The notes under the pieces are model-generated. The model did not search any database. It had not been told where the DNA came from and saw only the letters and a list, made by a program, of their open reading frames with translations. Made by a program: the position numbers and the translations under genes. A DNA stretch of 64,000 nt, from assembly GCA_951406725.2 (NCBI GenBank), contig OX597820.1, positions 45,012,001-45,076,000 of the forward strand, in the 5' to 3' direction. Shown piece by piece: positions 62,624 to 64,000 of this stretch (position 1 is its first letter; every line of letters begins with the position of its first letter). The DNA comes from Octopus vulgaris (lineage: Eukaryota).

Positions 62624-64000
62624 ATGCAGCAGTTATTCTATGAAGGAGTCCCTAATTTGCATACCGAACATTTTTAACCCCTCTATAAACTGTTTAAATA
62701 CTCAACAAATGCAGAAGTTATTCTATGCAGGAGAACCTAATTTGCATACCGAACATTTTTAACCCTTCCATAAACTGTTTAAATACTCAACAAATACAGC
62801 AGTTATTCTATGAAGGGCACCCTAATTTGCATAACGAAAATATTTAACCCTCTATAAACTGTTTAAATACTCAACAAATGCAGAGGTTATTCTATGAAGG
62901 AATCCCTAATTTGCAAACCGAAAGTGTTTAACTCTCAATAAACAGTTTAAGTACTCAACAAAGGCAGCAGTAATTCTATGAACGGGTCCCTAATTTGCAT
63001 ACCGAAAATTTTTAACCTCTCTATAAACTCTACATATACTCAACAAATACAGCAGTTATTCTATGAAGGAGTCCCTAATTTCATACCGAAAATTTTTAAC
63101 ACTCTAGAAACTGTATATATACTCAACAAATGCAGCAGTTATTCTATGAAGGAGTTTCTAATTAGCATAGCGAAAATTTTTAACCGTTCTATAAACTGTT
63201 TAAATACTCAACAAATACAGCAGTTATCCTATGAAGGAGTCCGTAATTTGCATACTGAAAATGCATAGCACTCTATAAACTGTATATATACTCAAGAAAT
63301 TCAGCAGTTATTCTATGCAGGAGAACCTAATTTAAATACCGAAAATGTTTAACACTTTATAGACTGTTTAAATACTCAACAAATGCAGCAATTATTCTAT
63401 GAAGTCCCTTATTTGCATACCGAAAATTTTTAACCCCTCTATAAACTGTTTAAATACTGAACAAATGCAAAATTCATTCTATGAAGGAGTGCTAATTTTC
63501 ATATCGAAAATTTTTAACCGCTCTATAAACTGTTTAAATACTCAACAAATGCAGCAGTTATTCTATGAAGGAGTTTCTAATTTGCATAGCGAAAATTTTT
63601 AACCGCTCTATAAACTGTATATATACACAACAAATGCTGCAGTTATACTATGAAGGAATCTCTAATTTGCATACCGAAAATTTTTAATACTCTATAAACT
63701 GTATATATGCTCAACAAATGTAGCAGTTATTTTATGAAGGAATCCCTAATTTGTATACCGAAAATTTTTAACCCCTTTATAAACTGTTTAAATACTCAAC
63801 AAATACAGAAGTTATTCTATGAAGGTGTACCTAATTTGCATACCAAAAATTTATAACCCCTCTATAAACTGTATAAATACTCAACAAATCCTTAAATCCT
63901 TAAAAATGTTTTAGCCCGAAGGCCGCGGCCATGCTGGAGCACCACCAAATGGAGAAGTTATGCTATGAAGGAGATCCTAATTTGCATACCGAAAATTTTT
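62624..64000. repeat. ~85 bp AT-rich satellite, ~16 units, runs off the window
   Basis: Unit atgcagcagttattctatgaaggagtccctaatttgcataccgaaaatttttaacccctctataaactgtttaaatactcaacaa; starts at 62624, 62709, 62794, 62878. Confidence 0.95.

Overview
AT-rich, repeat-dense animal DNA; the SINE/LINE repertoire looks like an Octopus (coleoid cephalopod) genome (inference from recognition, not a search). The only host gene I can support is a ~2 kb first coding exon on the minus strand (51502-49489) ending in EKVKSKLMSMWNNVKYG, the conserved start of ATG4C/D-type autophagy proteases. It carries a ~650 aa low-complexity N-terminal extension and is preceded by a perfect-Kozak uORF whose stop overlaps the main ATG (ATGA). 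I could not find further ATG4 exons, so 1-49488 is probably a very large intron. The window is packed with tRNA-derived SINEs, RTE/CR1/CRE-type LINE remnants, a decayed mariner, nested piggyBac/hAT MITEs and a U6 pseudogene fused to a SINE; its right end holds two LTR-like repeats and two abutting satellites. The most striking signal is a set of minimal type I hammerhead ribozyme motifs of different sequence families (clear at 11450, 46487, 57110 and 57378; decayed at 10357, 32503, 44576), most in head-to-head foldbacks next to (TA)n tracts, as expected for Penelope-like pLTR/retrozyme-type elements. All calls are by eye; repeat boundaries are approximate.
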